From positions 26,102,001 through 26,166,000 of the forward strand of contig CM060732.1 of NCBI GenBank assembly GCA_030704615.1: a DNA stretch of 64,000 nucleotides, written 5' to 3'. The notes below the pieces were generated by a model. It was not told the origin of the DNA. It made no database searches and saw nothing but the letters and a program-made list of their open reading frames with translations. The stretch is from Takakia lepidozioides (taxonomy: Eukaryota; Plantae; Bryophyta). Numbering within the stretch: the first letter of the stretch is position 1; every line of letters starts with the position of its first letter. This document shows, piece by piece, positions 1-15,735 of the stretch. Both the position numbers and the translations under genes were made by a program.

Positions 1-254
1 CCATTTGGCTAGTGCGAGTGGGAACCTCCCTAACAGCACTGGAGTTTGGCAAGTTGGAGGACGCTGGCTTTCGTCTGCACCGATTTGTGGCGTCGACTCT
101 TGGTGGCCTTGCTGCTATGGTGCCTCCTCTAGACGATACTTCGCATCCCACGAGAAGGAATGGCAAAACAGTGCATTGGGTGGCTTTGGGGCCTGATCAC
201 GATGCGAAGGTGGAATCGGCCAGACTACTTCAGGCTCGGGTAACAGGAACTATG

Positions 255-740
255 GAAGTACCTTCATCATCTGGTTTTTTTTTCACCTCTTCTTCTATAA
301 CAGAAACCTGAAGAAGTTTGACAATGATAGAGCTCAACTTTTTTTTCACCTCTTCTTCACAAACAAAGCCTAAATAAGCTTGAAGATGGTCATCTGTCAA
401 ATTTTCACCTCATCTACATTAATAAAAACCATTGCCTGTTTCACAATGAATGGTCATATTTTGGGGCCTGTTCTTGCCCATCCTCATTATTTTAATCCTC
501 TCCTTCAATATTTCATCCATCCATCATTCATCCAGCATGGATGAAATACTGGAAACGTCAGATAGCTTGACAATGAGCATCCAAACTTTTCTTGCCTCTT
601 GTTCATGCAAGAATCCCTAAGTAAGATTCATGATGACTCACCCAACCTTTTATTTCACCTCTTCTTCAATAAGAAAACCTTAGTAACTTTCACAATGACC
701 ATTCCATGTTTTCTATACCTCTTTTTTTAAGCGCTATAAC
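255..740. repeat. Degenerate ~63 bp tandem repeat (about 6 units)
   Basis: A TTTTCACCTCTTCTTC...AAACC...ACAATGA-like unit recurs at ~278, ~342, ~402, ~587, ~651 and ~710. Confidence 0.6.
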
Positions 741-859
741 TGCTTCCACGACAATAGGACCCTCTCTAAACAGAGGACTCGGATATGGGGCTTGCTTCTT
801 CCTCCACTAAACCCCTGGGCTCACGCTTAGAGGGCAAAGCGTGAGCCGAGCTCCTGGGC

Positions 860-2739
860 TCACGCGGCTAGGCTCACACCGTAGCTGCGCTCGTCCTCTG
901 GTAGCAGGAAAGTGATGGAGGTGTTAGCCACCGCATTGGAGGAGATGTTAAACTGATTTTCCCCCGCCAGTACTATCTCCCTGTTCGTGTTTGGCTGCAA
1001 CAGGGGCTGTTTTCCTTTCTCCTTCAGCATTTCGTAATGTTCGTCCACCCATTTAAGACCTTGCTCGAAGATCTGCTTGGTGCGAGCCTATTCATTTGGA
1101 TCCTTGACCCTGCAGGAGAGAAAGTACTTGTACACCCAAATCCACGAGTTATGGGCACCCGTGGTATCCAGACCTCTACTGTATATCACTGGCATGACAT
1201 GGACAATCGCTAAATCAGGATGAGAGTCATTGTTAACTACCATGATGCCAATGTGTTGAATGTGATTTAAAGTGAGGTTCAAATTAGGGAAGAACTCCTG
1301 GAGCACCTCTAAGGTGAGTGCGAGCATGATATCTCTTTCCTTTCCTACTCCAAATTGAAGGGCAATGGCCTCTGTAACCCATGCTGTCTGAAACCCTTCC
1401 TTGATATTTGAGAGGAAAAATTTGGTGTAGTCATCAATGAAGTTGTACAGAAGTGGGGTGACACAGATTGCCGCCTTCTCCCTTGCGTAGTTTGAACCCG
1501 GTGCCCATCCAAGTAGGGGCTTTCATTTGAAGGAGTGAAGTTCCAGGAAAGAGATTGCCAGGCTGCCACTGTCTAGTTGTTGGAGGTCGGATTCTGTGAA
1601 GGGAAAGGAGGCCCAAGCCTCCATGATTCTTACAGGGAAGAAGCCAGAGCTAGAGGGTCTTTTGGGCGAGGTGGGGGCCGACAATTCTACACTTCTTCTC
1701 CTTTTTTTGAGGTGTGCAGCTTGTCATTGACTGTGATGTATTCGTTGGTGTCCATTGCCATAGCCTCCGGCACTTGTAGATTTTGACATTGATTTGAGAT
1801 GCTTTGCAGAGGCTGCGAAGAGCCTTCATCTTTCCTTGTGAATTTTGCGCCTGGGCAGTCTGCCTTGACATGTCCTTCAGCATTGCACCGAAAGTAGATA
1901 ACAGCAAGTACCTCCTCCTTTATGGCCACTACTATGAACGAGTCATCCAGAGTTGGTAACTTGATGGAGCTGCCGATTTTGGCATTATCTGGCATGAGGA
2001 CGACCAGCTTAGGGACTCCGTTATCTGAATTGTAATCGCTTTGCACCACCTCTGTGTCCACACTGACAATTTGGGCTTGGAGTGGTTCATAAACGTTGAT
2101 CGCACCTATGAATGTGCCAAAGCTTTCTCCGATCTCAGGGAGTGATGTGAGGTAAGTGGGTGGCAGGAAGGGTATCACCATCACCCTTGGTCTCCAGAGA
2201 ACACCTTTCCTATGTCCCCAGTCATGTGTCCAAGGGAAAATGAAAACCTTGACTGGGGATTGCTGGGTGTTGAATGCCAGCGCTTTGTCTACGTCTGATT
2301 TGGAGGAGAATAGGACTGCATAGAAGCCTCGGCCCATGGAGAGGCTGAAATGATGTGCGAGTCCACCTTGGTGTCCGAGATATTGGATTATCCAGCGCCT
2401 GATCTCAGCTCTAGGGCGGGGTCTGCCAGGGAAGTAGATGAGGATTCCTGTTTGAGACAGTTTTTGCGCTTGTGCGATCAACTTGTCTTTGTTCAACGCG
2501 ATAACAGGTTGCTCTGTCTCCACTTGCACCTCTGTATCTTCCCATAGCGCCTCAGCGGGTCTGGGGGATGGCAGTGTGGTATTTGGAGTCGGGCCTTTTC
2601 CAAGGATGGAGCCAGAGGCCTCAAAGGCATTTTTCTTGGTCCAGACCTGGTTTTTGCTTCTTCCTTGAGTGGAGGTTCCTCCGCGTTTGCCATGCTTCGA
2701 GCTTCCACCTCTGGAGTCCATGACAAACCCGTCAAACAA
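860..2739 (-). mobile_element. L1-type non-LTR retrotransposon ORF1 (gag-like), degenerate
   Basis: ORF 1687-2739 has a DUF4283-like segment (MGRGFYAVLF...VFIFPW...LPEIGESFG) and a zinc knuckle YFRCNAEGHVKADC (first Cys lost). Frameshifted/stopped ORFs continue to ~860. No ORF2 seen. Confidence 0.7.
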
Positions 2740-4817
2740 CGACGGTCAGCAGGTCACTTAGACTGGCGTTCTGTTGGGAACAGTGAGAATGAGAGGGTAG
2801 ATTTTAGAATAGAGAAGAGAATCTGGGGGTAGTTGGATGCTGCGGATGCAGCTGAAGCAGTGAGAAGTAGTGAGAAGAATGATACTCCAGCTGATGTTGA
2901 GGGAACACCTTGAAGCAAATGAAAGAGTGTGGGTGGAGGAGACAGATAGCCAATACTAGTGCGTGGTAGATATTAAGTGAGCATGTAGTTTGTAACACCC
3001 AAAGGGTTATGGTTACTTCCCTGTCGAATTCTTCAAACCAGGGTGTTGAGCATGTGATGGCAGCAGGCCCAGTCCCATTTGTTTCCCTTCCGCCTTTGTG
3101 CCGTCATTCATAAATCGCATCTGTAAACTTGAATTTTGGCATGAATGAGAAGCCCTTTCTTGTGATCACTGCTTCAATGTCAGTTGTAGTGACCAGAGGG
3201 GCAATGCGCCAGTAGCAGGGCGGCCCATTAAGTGGAGTGAAGCGAAGATGTGGAGAGTGAGAAGGAAGGATGCTTTGTGGAGGTTATGAATGAATGATCT
3301 TTTCTGTGAGAAGTTTCATGGGAGAGCAAGGTAGAGATGAGTGCAGATGATCGTCAGTTTGATGAACGCTGGGTCATGGTGTACCTTAGTCCATCTTTGG
3401 ATACACATATCATTGCTTAGCAATTTTGGAAAAAGCACTTCACCATCTGGTGTGTGAGCATTACATACACACATCCACCATTGGCTTTCAAAAAATTTGT
3501 AGAAAAAGAAGTACTTCATTTGGAGGCACATTTTCTCTTGTCAATTTTGAGATTTCAACCCCATGTAATTGCATGCATAGCAACCATAGGTGAAAAAATC
3601 AGTTGGACCTGCAATGTAGTGGGGTCATAGCCACTCCACTATTGATTTGGAAATGGTGGGTCTTGGGGCAAGCAAAATTGGATAAAGCTAGGTTTTGATT
3701 TGGTCAAACCTATTTCTTTCTCACTTTTTCTTTGGGACCTGATATTTGAGGTCTGGGCCAACGCTATAATCTCACAATTTCCACGGTGGATTTGGTTCAT
3801 TTTTTGGTATGTCATGCATAAATGAGCTGCGCCCACTACTATAAGGCTGGAATCTCTGGATGATTTTTGGTAGGTTTCTAGGGGCAATTTACCGCAGCTG
3901 GGTACCCAAAATTGGTAAAAAGTCAAGAAAGGGCTTGGGAACTTAAGGGTTAAGTTAGTCACTCCCTAACAAGATGTGACTCTCTTGCTCCCTGACAAAT
4001 CTTCCAACTAAGGATGAGGCCCTGATGGAAGCCTCCTGCTCCAAGTATATTTGGTTCAAAATGTATCCCATGAAATCAGAGGGACAGTTTCTCCAAAGTC
4101 AACTTGGCCATGATTGCCCTTTCTACTTGGGAACTGGATTTGCTATGCTACCTCTCTTGTGTACTTGCATAGTTATCATAGCATCAACTGTTGCCTACTC
4201 CAACTTGTGATTCATTGATTCCTTTGTTTCGTTGGCAATTGGTACCACCAGACGAACCACAATGTTGACGATTAAGAGACTATGACCATGTGTCTACTGT
4301 CGTCTCCACCAAGGCCGGATTCTCCCTTATGCAAATGTGCTTGCCACAAATGGCTGGCAGTTTCAGCAAATGTATGTAATCTGTTGTATCCCACCTACTT
4401 AGCAACTGGACTATCAGGGCCTCAGGGCAAGTCTGCAGGAGGAGGCAACAGAAGGTGAGTTATGTAGTTGTCTTTGAGGTGATTGGGCGCACTTGGAAGA
4501 AACTTGGTCGTGTTTGTATGCACAGTCGTTGTTAGTGTGCTCATAAATATCCCGTCCAAGATCAGACTCGCGCCATGGAGACTATCCCACAATTTTGGGC
4601 AGTCTATCAAACAACGCCTTTCCTTTTAAGCTTGAACTTCTCTAATGGAAGGCATTGATAAGAGCACTGTGGGCGCTTTCCTTGCAAAGTCTGTTGCGAC
4701 CTGAATAGGACTAATTACACACCAACAAGTTGAACATCCTCCCAGTTCAATGAAGAAGACTGGCATAAAATGAATAGCGCAAGGAGTCCCACTCGCAGCA
4801 TATTACAAAGGCAACCG

Positions 4818-6693
4818 TTAGGCGCCAGAAAGTGAAGGGCCATGATCCTCAGAGCCAGAGAGTTTAATAACCTGAACAAGTGAAGTCTCCACACACTCAA
4901 TTGTTTGCTTGATTGCAGGTTGCTTCTTGAGAGCAAGTAGTGCCATGAGAATGGAGTAGGACAGCCATGCATCGGCAGCAGCATATTGAATTTGCTGAAA
5001 TGTCAGGTGCCGAATCTCCCAATTACTCATGGTTGCTCGTCTGTTCTTCTTGTAAGGGAGCCCAAGCACTTTGTCCACAAGAGTAGCTATGCCTGCCCTC
5101 CGCAGGGCCCTTGTTTTGAGTGTGGAGGCCGCGAGAATTGCCAAATCAACCTCCCCCGCACACACTAGACCATAATCTTTCTTCAGCTTCTTCGTGTCAG
5201 CCTTCACAATGCAGTAGAGTTCTCAGTTACCAACTTTCTTCATCATCAGTGGCCATTAGTCTAACCATTGACACCGCTTACCAGTTACCACTCAAAGCAC
5301 ACACAAATGACCCATATTCAAGTCCACCAGCCTTTCTCCTTAGTTTTCCATGAAGTTGACAATCGGTCAACATGTCATGCATACTCTAATGATGTAAGTG
5401 GACAAAAATTGCCCTTCCATTAGAAGTGTAGTATAGCAAACCGACAATTAGTGATGAGACAATGTCCGCGAGATAGAATTTTGAAAAGGCTGTTACAATC
5501 ATTGCGAAGGAAGTACGAGGGAGGGCAAGAAATGTGAAATTGTGAAAATGGTGCAAGTGTACCTTGATACCCACTCCACCTAGCGTCACACTTGGATCTG
5601 CGAGCATGTTTTTGAGGGACGCAGGGAGCACATCGATGAAAAGAAGTTGAATCAATAGGCACCGTTTTCCAAGAGACAGCTGCAAGAGTGCAGCGTCATT
5701 GTAATCACCCTTCTGGAAGATGGGCCGCCATTCTATGTCAAGCCCAAACACAGTCTCCCCCCGGTGTTCTTGCAACCAGGTCTCAACTGTGAGAGCCGTA
5801 GCCGCCACTGTGACCAGCACTTTAGTGCCCAGTATCTCAACCTCGCAATCGAAACAATCGGCAGATTCATACATGGGATATAACCACCCTCCTAGTTCGT
5901 CTGACTCAATTGGTTGATCCCAGCCACCCCACTTGTTCTCCTGGCTCTCTCTTTGCCATCTCTGGTTCCACACAGCTTCCATGTCCATCTCCTGTTCCCT
6001 TTCCGGCCCCGTCTCTGCTCCACTTCCTCTTTCTTGCCATCCTTCCCTTCCCAACGCTTCTTTACCTCCTACACTTCTCTCCTCCGCGCTGGGAATCTCT
6101 GTACTGCCATCGCCCCTCCACTCTCTCTGAAAGTTGTCCGACCCTCCAGAACTGCTACTACCTTCACACCAGCTAGATGGCTCTTCTTGAGACTCGGGGA
6201 GTGGGTGAGACTGACTACACGCGACACCTCCCGACGGATGGCTAGAACTGTGACGCAATTTGCGAGGCAACGATGGACACTGACAAAGCTGGGAAGTCCT
6301 ACAATCTTGTAATTCTGAAGAAGGAAGAGAAAAAGGGGATATATGATACTGTGATTCCGGTCTGGGACAGGCGTTCAGAGGAGGGGGGTGCCTACCCAGA
6401 AGAGCGGGGGTCAAAGAGTGCAGCTCGCGCCCCTTACTTTCATCACTGTGCATTGCCCTTCCTGGCCCCGGCAGAGCTGCTGTAGGCGGGGCCAGCGTGT
6501 GTGTCATCAAACACAGCACCTGCCTCCTATCGTCTCCACCACTTCGCTCCTCATTGTGCCAGAGAGTAAGAGAGCGTGGGAGAGCAGATGACCAAGAAAC
6601 GTTGTGGCAAGTGCGAGAAATGCTGGTGATGAACGGGAAAGACTGTTGGATGAATCTTGGGCCTGCCGGCTCACCGTGCAGCTGCAATGGCAT
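4818..6693 (-). CDS. Werner-syndrome-like (DEDDy) 3'-5' exonuclease, 2 exons; start codon uncertain
   Basis: Exon 1 ends at 5563 (GGVGIK|GT); exon 2 is 5201-4818. Motifs ExoI GLDIEW, ExoII GVGIKAD and ExoIII QIQYAAADAW are intact. The long low-complexity N-terminal ORF may start at a later Met. Confidence 0.85.
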
Positions 6694-6925
6694 ACTGTGG
6701 CCGCTTGTATGTCGAGGTCTTGCATTGATGGAAGTCCTACACTGTGCAGATCTGTTGTGGCTTCCTTTCTCTGTTTTTCACTCTGGTGGGTCGTTAGGAT
6801 TTGTCGAAAAACTGAAGTGTGGGGCCTTCAGTCTTGCTCGAGTTCTGGGAGTAACAAAACTTTCACATGCGGACGATTGTTTGGAATAGGGGTGTTGGAA
6901 GTCACTCGCTTTGAAATCAGCAGAT

Positions 6926-9900
6926 ATGCTGGCTATGATCCCATGCATGGTGTTGTATGGAGCTGCAGTAATTGTGATTCTCTTGGCTATGTGTTCGTGG
7001 AGAGAGGGTACGTGCAAGTGGCAGCATCACAAGTTGCCGGTAGTTGCAAGAGGGAGTGTGACGCTGCACGTCAACTCTAGTGCTCTTCTTGCAACCACCG
7101 ATAAAGCTTTCGTGTGTGCTACCTTGGATTGGTGGCCGCCTGGCAAGTGCGATTATGGTAACTGCCCTTGGGATCAGGCCTCTCTGCTGAACCTGGTATT
7201 ATTTTGCCTCTCTCTCGGGCGTTATGGTCTGTGGTCATCATTCTTTCTTTCTTTTCTCTTTCAATTCGCTCAATCTTCCCTCCTTTCCGTGGTGTGTGAC
7301 ATTATGCAGTTCCATTCTTTCTTTTCTCTGTCATTCGTTCCTTCCCCTCTTCCCCCTTGCTTTTCAGAGAATTGGATCCCCTCCCCTCCTTCTACGACGT
7401 TGGGGGCGCTGCGGTAAGATACAAAGGGGCTGGATAAGATGCCAAATACCTTACACGGTTTTAGTTTTGGCAATTGAAGTTTTTCCATCTGAAATGCCTG
7501 TATGCAGAATCTTACAAATCCACTCTTTGAAAAGGCTCTTAGAGGTACGCCCACTCTCTCTTTCTCTCGTGTATGTTATGGCTAAATGTCCATCTGGCTG
7601 AACTCTAGTCTGTTTCTCAACCAATTCAGAGCATTTCTTGCTTTCTACATTTGTCGATTTTGAATGCCCTCCCTTATTTTTCAATTCTCTATCCTTCTTT
7701 TTGTATCTTGGGCACCTTACACTTCTTTTTCGGAGGTCAAACTACAAAATATCTTAGGCTGCAGACTCCGAGAATTTGAACTTTTTGTTCTTTCTTTGAA
7801 GAAAGTGAACTGGTCTAATGTTGCAGAACTGTCACCTTTGAGAATACGTCTAGGAGGGACTCTGCAGGACCAAGTGGTGTACAAAGTGGGCAGGCCTCAC
7901 CAACCCTGCCTTCCATTTGTGAAGAATGCGTCCCATATGTTTGGGTTTCAAGGAGGGTGCCTCAGTATGGCCCGTTGGACTGCTCTTAACAGACTTTTTC
8001 AGAAAACAGGGTATGTATTCCTATCCATCTGCTGCTGCATGAATGGAACGTTTTGCTGGAAGCTCCTCTCTTGGGCATCCCTTAGTATGGATCAAGCACA
8101 GTCTAACTCTGAGCTGGTTGTGTGGTTGATATGTAAGTCTACTCGATTAGGCAACTTCAGATGCTAGCTGTTTTCTACAATTTAACGGATCTAACAAGGA
8201 TTGCCAATCATGATGTATGAAGCATCTCATGGGGAGGAAGAGTGGCAACTTTGCGGAAACTGAAGGAATGCGCAAGGGAGGTAGGAGAGGGAGAGAGGGG
8301 GCAGAGAGAGGCAGAGAGGGAGACAGATTACATAGGGAGAGTTGATTGCTTCCCAAATGTTCAAAGGTGGACGAGAGGGGGAAGCTAACATGAGATTGAA
8401 ATAGGTGTTGCGCAGAACTGTGGTAGCATTTGGACTGAATGCGTTGTATAATCGCAAACAAGTAGTAAGGGGTGTCTGGAACCCCTGGGATTCATCCAAT
8501 GCCTGGGACTTCATAAAGTTCACTATTGACCAGGGCTACAAGGTGCAGGCTTGGGAACTGGGTAAGTAAGACCTCCTTTGCCCCCATTGTTGTAGGGCCC
8601 ATATCATAAGCAACATTGGTGAGGAAGTCCGGCTAATGAGTGCCTTTCTTTTCCCGCAAGAAGGATTTGGCCAAATTTTGCCACGTTCTTTAAGAAGAGA
8701 CAAAATGCTAAATCTGTAGCGAGTGAGATTCTATTCAGGATTTGAATTCAGTGTGGTATGCTTGTCTTCAACTGATTATCAGCAGTGGGCTCAGGGTGGA
8801 GGATTGCAGCTTGCCCATGACAGTTCACTTATTGAGTCATTTAATCTTACTCATGGGCAGAGATGACCATGTTGGTATTAATTATCTCGGATGTGCTGTT
8901 GAAACCTACTTCACCCAAGCATGAAGGCTTTGGCAGGTTACTGCTCCCAAAACTTGGCACTAGGTATGTATGGAAAGACAAGGCAGTATACAAGCTAACA
9001 TGAATACAAGCAAGTCTTAAAGCATGACCTTAACTTGCAGCAATGTTAGAGGCGGCAAGAGGCGGCCATGTTTGGGGTAGTAGTGAGGTTGATGAGTGTG
9101 CAATATGTTTTGAGCAGGGAATGAGCTGAGTGGGGATGGCGTTGGAACGAGCGTTTCAGCAGAGCGGTACGCTGCAGACTTGAAAGAGCTTCGCAAAGTG
9201 ATTAGCACCCTCTACAGGGGAACGTATCCACAACCCTTAGTCGTTGCACCTGATGGATTTTTCCACCCCCAGTGGTATGATGCATTTCTCAACGCCTTAG
9301 GACCTGGTGTTGTTGATGTTATCACACGCCACATTTATAGTCTTGGACCAGGTTGGCAACTCCCTTTGATTCTTTTGTTTCAGCTTTCCACATTTTGAAC
9401 GTGCCTACACCATCGTAGAGGTGCAGCATTTGAAAGTTTGCAACTGCCATCAATTTCTTCTCTGTTACCTGAACAGAAATACGGTGAAATATTATGCTTC
9501 TGGTATGCCACTTATGTGTTGTCAATATCACTATGCCACAGGAGTTGCCCCTCACCTGATGGAGAGGATTCTCAATTCAACATATTTGGATATGGAGAAA
9601 CATAATTTCCTAGCACTTCAGCGAATACAGCAAAGATCTGGACTCTGGGCAGCCACTTGGGTTGGTGAAGCAGGTGGAGCATATAACAGTGGCCAACACC
9701 TTGTAACAGATGCCTTTGTTAGCAGTTTCTGGTAAGCTTCACATGCCTCCGCTGTTTTTATTCTTTTTGGCGTCTGCCTGTTTCCCTTAATGAGCTTCTT
9801 GCTGGATGTACTACTAGTTACTGTGGGTCTAGAGTTAAGAACTGTGTACGTGAGATCTCTCCTCTCGAAAGGATGAGAAAGGACAAACTGACAGATGGAC

Positions 9901-11279
9901 AACAGACAACAAGCCATCTTTACCTTCTTTACGTAGGCTTCTTAGTGGAGGGCATTTGCCATCTGGTCATATTTGCCGTCGATTCCATGGAGTTTGTTAA
10001 AAGCTTTTGTTCTTTCTCTATATCTGGGACTACAATCAATGTATTCTTCTCCCTCTCTTTGAAGTGAATGAGGATGGAGAACATATGCAGGTATCTGGAT
10101 CAACTAGCAATGGCCGCATCCTTCAACAATACGGTGTATTGCCGTCAGAGCTTCATTGGGGGTTACTACGGTCTTCTCAATACTACCACTTATGAACCAA
10201 ATCCAGATTACTATAGGTAAAATTAAAGTCTTGTTACAATGTTACCTCTGCTGCTTTTGCTATTCCACGCTGGGAAACTGGCTTTGTTGTTGCAGTAGCT
10301 ATGGCATAGAGATTGTGAGGTTCGAGACCACAAGCTGTTCATGTTTACCTCCAGTAAAACTGCCACTCCTTGCCAGGCAACTTGTGTACTTTTTCCCACA
10401 CTAAAAATCAGCTTTACAACGATGACATCCACTAGCCTGATGTGATTTGATGCATTTCATTTTTTTCTGGAGATTTTCTAAAGATTGGAAAAGGGCATTG
10501 TTACAGGTGTTGAACAAATGCGGTAGCATCTGAATCATAGCCACCTCACAGACCTAACTCTGCCAGTAATCTCATTACCAAATACTGTGGACTTTGAATT
10601 TGGGGTGCAGTGTCCTCCTATGGAACCGACTGATGGGGATGAAGGTGTTGTCGACGTATTTTCAGGGAGCTCCATGTTTGCGTGGTTATGCACACTGTCA
10701 GAGAAACACCACTACAGTAAGCAGGCCGTTCTTGCGCTAATGTGGTCCGAATTTCTCATAATGCTACATCGTAATAACTGCACTTTGTTTCCTTGTCGAA
10801 ACAATTGTGACACATCACAACAGCTACTTCAGTTTGATTATATGCAGCTCTAGGGGATGTTTCATTCCCTTTCTTCAGAATTGAGATGCATGTGTTGCCA
10901 CATTCTATCTCTGCAGGGAGGTGTGACGGCGCTGTTAATCAACCTCAGCAACACCACAACATACACGCTGGACATATCCTTCTACTCTAGTCCTTTCAAA
11001 CAGGAGCTCTCTGGAAAGAGGAAAGGGCTGTTCTCACGACTAGGCGGGCGGAATGCGACCTCCACAACAGCAAGGCTTGAGTATCATTTGACTGCTCCTG
11101 GTGGGAATCTCCACAGCCAAACAGTGTTACTAAATGGCAATGCTTTGGGATTGACGCCCACTGGCGAATTTCCTGATCTGCCTGCTCTCCAAGCAGACAG
11201 CTCCACTCCTATTTCAGTGGCCCCTTATTCCATTGCATTTGTGGTATTGCCTGATGCAGGCATATCGATTTGCACCTGA
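6926..11279 (+). CDS. Heparanase-like glycoside hydrolase family 79 (beta-glucuronidase), 9 exons
   Basis: GT-AG exons 6926-7195, 7508-7544, 7827-8010, 8416-8561, 9118-9351, 9542-9731, 10091-10216, 10611-10716, 10917-11279 join in frame. Motifs CATLDWWP, RLGGTLQD, WELGNE (acid/base), WVGEAGGAYNSG (nucleophile), PNPDYYS; hydrophobic N-terminal signal. Confidence 0.95.
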
Positions 11280-11759
11280 AATGGTACCTCAGGGCCCAAG
11301 CAGCTTGCTCAACTCTTTTTTATCCATTATTATTTAAAGGGGGAGTGAAGCCCTTGAATAGATTAAACCGAGAAAAAAGTAACCTCGAGGTGGCCAGGAG
11401 GCTTACATCGAGACGGGGAACTACCCAAAGAAGTCGCTACTGGGCCAACAAGCAAGCAACAATTCTAGACCTAAAATTCCACTGAGAGCCAATGTCTGGC
11501 TTTAGTGGCAGTGCTAATTATTCAGAACAGGGGACAAAAACCCACTGTTCATTAAATTCTTTCAAGCTCCATAGCAAGCTGCAACTTTTCCAGTAATCCG
11601 GGGTTCCTGTTACACTGAATTTGTGTCCCTCAACATATACAGGCGCTTGCACCTTTGTTTTCTCACTCCTTCCAGTCGACGTAAAACTAGAATTCATAAA
11701 TTTTAAATTATATTACAATAACTTAGTTTTTTAAAAGAAAAAAAGCTATATATCAGTAT

Positions 11760-12328
11760 GTCCTCTCGCTTCCGTACTACGCGCGGGTTTCATCCACTGG
11801 ATCCGCGGATAGAGCGCCTCATTCATCCACCGCAGCTGCTAGTTCAAATGGGGGCACGGGGCTGCGTGGGACGGCCACGATGCGTACAGCGCACGCGAAG
11901 CCGCGTCGAAGGGCCCCATCGACGGTGCAGCGCACACTGTACGGCAGTGGCGCCCTAATTAAGCAGCGTTCCCGCGCCCGCCTTTTGGACCCCCTACTTC
12001 TGTCCCCACCACCGGCCACAGCCGGTGGCCCGATATCCCACCCCTCGTGGAAACCGGGGGCTCTTGATCGGACGGACGTGGCGCACGATCCTCACGATCT
12101 GGAGACCGGGTGTCGCCCGATCGGGTCGGGCGACGCGGCTGGGCCACCGGCAATGAGCGGTGGAGAGGAGAGGAGGAGGAAATGGCCATGGCGGAAACGG
12201 TGAGCGCAGCCGCGTTCCCTCGTCTTGTCTCTTCCGACCTGCTCTCGCTACAGCTCTCCCCGCCTCTGTTCTGTTCTGTTGTGTCGCACACTGCACGCGG
12301 TCCATTTGTGAGCAGCTGCATTCTGTAG
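11760..12328 (+). promoter_or_regulatory. GC/CpG-rich promoter and 5' leader region of actin
   Basis: Sharp switch from AT-rich to CpG-rich DNA upstream of actin, followed by a pyrimidine-rich leader. Probable leader intron 12329 (GT) to 12895 (AG), as usual for plant actins. Confidence 0.55.
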
Positions 12329-12910
12329 GTAGATCGTGGTCGTGGCTGCTGAGCAGCGAGCGCGTGCTGGGAACAGCCTCCCGTGCGCGGGACCGGCTTC
12401 GGTATCGTGTGTCGTGCCCTGCGTTGTGCGCTATTCGAGGTATTACCTCTCTCCTGCATCTGGCTTCGAAAACGCGCGTTGCTAGATCTGGTCCGGCTCC
12501 CCTGCTTGTGCTGGTCATGCTGTTTGCTGCATTTTTGGTCTGAAGTTTTCGGATTTCTCGCTCACGGACCTATGTCTGAATCTGTGCGCACTTTTTCTCC
12601 TCTCCCCTACCACTCCCAACTGGCTGGAGAAGTGCAAGTCCTGCATTGTAAGTGAGATTCATCCGACACTTGACCTCAGCTTGCATTGCACTCACGGCAC
12701 GGGTTATGATTGTACCGTGAGTGAGATGTACGATATCCAGTTCCCCTGCAACAGTTGTCTGACGCGCGAGAAACTCGTCAGTTCTAGCTGAGATTGTCGT
12801 AGAATGGGACGCCGATGGGGCGGTAGTTGTCGTACTGTTTTGTGACTCCTCCTGTCTCTTGGCAGCTGGATTGATCTCGGATTTTGTGTTTGCAGGCCTT
12901 TTTAGTCAAA

Positions 12911-14586
<1,676 letters not shown>

Positions 14587-15735
14587 ATCAGTACAGAGTA
14601 TGGCTTTTTTCTTTGATGTGCACTTTCCCTTGTTGGGATCTGCATGGATGGAGCTTTTGATGGAAGCGAGTGGCTTTTGAATGGGGACAGTCAACCACAG
14701 TTTCTCAGTGGTTAAGGTGAGGTAGAGTCAAGGTTTGTAAAAATAGCAGACATTTGAACGGATGAGTGGCTCCTAGGTCTAGTGATGCCACTTGAGTGTC
14801 CAGATTTTGAGCTGAAAAATTTGGCTCTGATTCTTCAGTTTCTATGTCTTGAGATAACTCAGAGCCCTAGCTTTGTGGTCGGATGTGGTAATGAGTACAA
14901 TTGTTGCTCTCTGAGCATCATTGAGAAAATCTGTTTCCATGTCGCAATGTTATGATCTGTTGCTGAAATTTGCTTGTCAAGGGCGGCGACCAATTTGTTT
15001 CTCACCACACCCATTGCCTTTGTGATGAGGTTTGTTAGTAAGTGCGCAATTGCTCTTAGAGAACCATGTAGAAAAGAAAATGTGGTTGTATTGGGCAATG
15101 TTTTAGTCTCTTTCCTACTTGTCAAGGATGGCCACTATTTCCAATTTTTTTGCCCATGTGTCTGAGTGGGCTCCAGCATCCTGAGAACTTGGTTAACCAA
15201 GTGTACTTCCAACTTTTAAGGTGGAAAAATATTGTGTCTGCAAGTCGTTGCTTCAGGAAATGCATTGTGTCACTGTTTGGGCCAATAATTGCAGGTTGTT
15301 TATGAAATGCTGTCTAGAAGATATTGCTAGAGTTGAAGATTTTGTGCACACTGTTTGGTTGATTATCAGCTCTGCTGTAACTGCTGAGCGGACAGAGTGA
15401 TTAGCTTGGATTATGGAATAAAATCAGACTTCATTATGCAGGGTCGGTCTGATGAGCTCATCACTGTAAATGATGCACTGTTTGTTTGCTTGGCCACCAC
15501 TGTGTTCTAACCAGGTGCCTCGGCAAAATTGGAATTTTACACAATGCAAATTGGAATGTTGCACAATGTGACATTGGTTTTTGTCAAATGATGCTAACTG
15601 TGGACAGCTGAAAGATCTCCCTCCCTGGCATTAGCAACCTGCCCAGGTAGCTCACATGTTTGGAAAGAAGCTCAACTTAATCTACTTTTCCAAAAGAGCA
15701 GAAAATTGTAGACTGGTGAAAAGTGTCATACTTTC

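Noticed and set aside
818-880. GGCTCACGCT/AGCGTGAGCC hairpin with repeated GGCTCAC
   Set aside because: Single short hairpin at the edge of an L1 remnant; no second copy or functional context
2800-4600. Short ORFs and possible transposon remnants
   Set aside because: No motif, TIR, TSD or second copy that I could verify
11758-12655. Many overlapping 60-170 aa ORFs on both strands
   Set aside because: Expected from the GC-rich actin promoter and leader; no recognisable motifs
15440-15475. CTGATGA core suggesting a hammerhead ribozyme
   Set aside because: No correctly placed GAAA or three-stem junction
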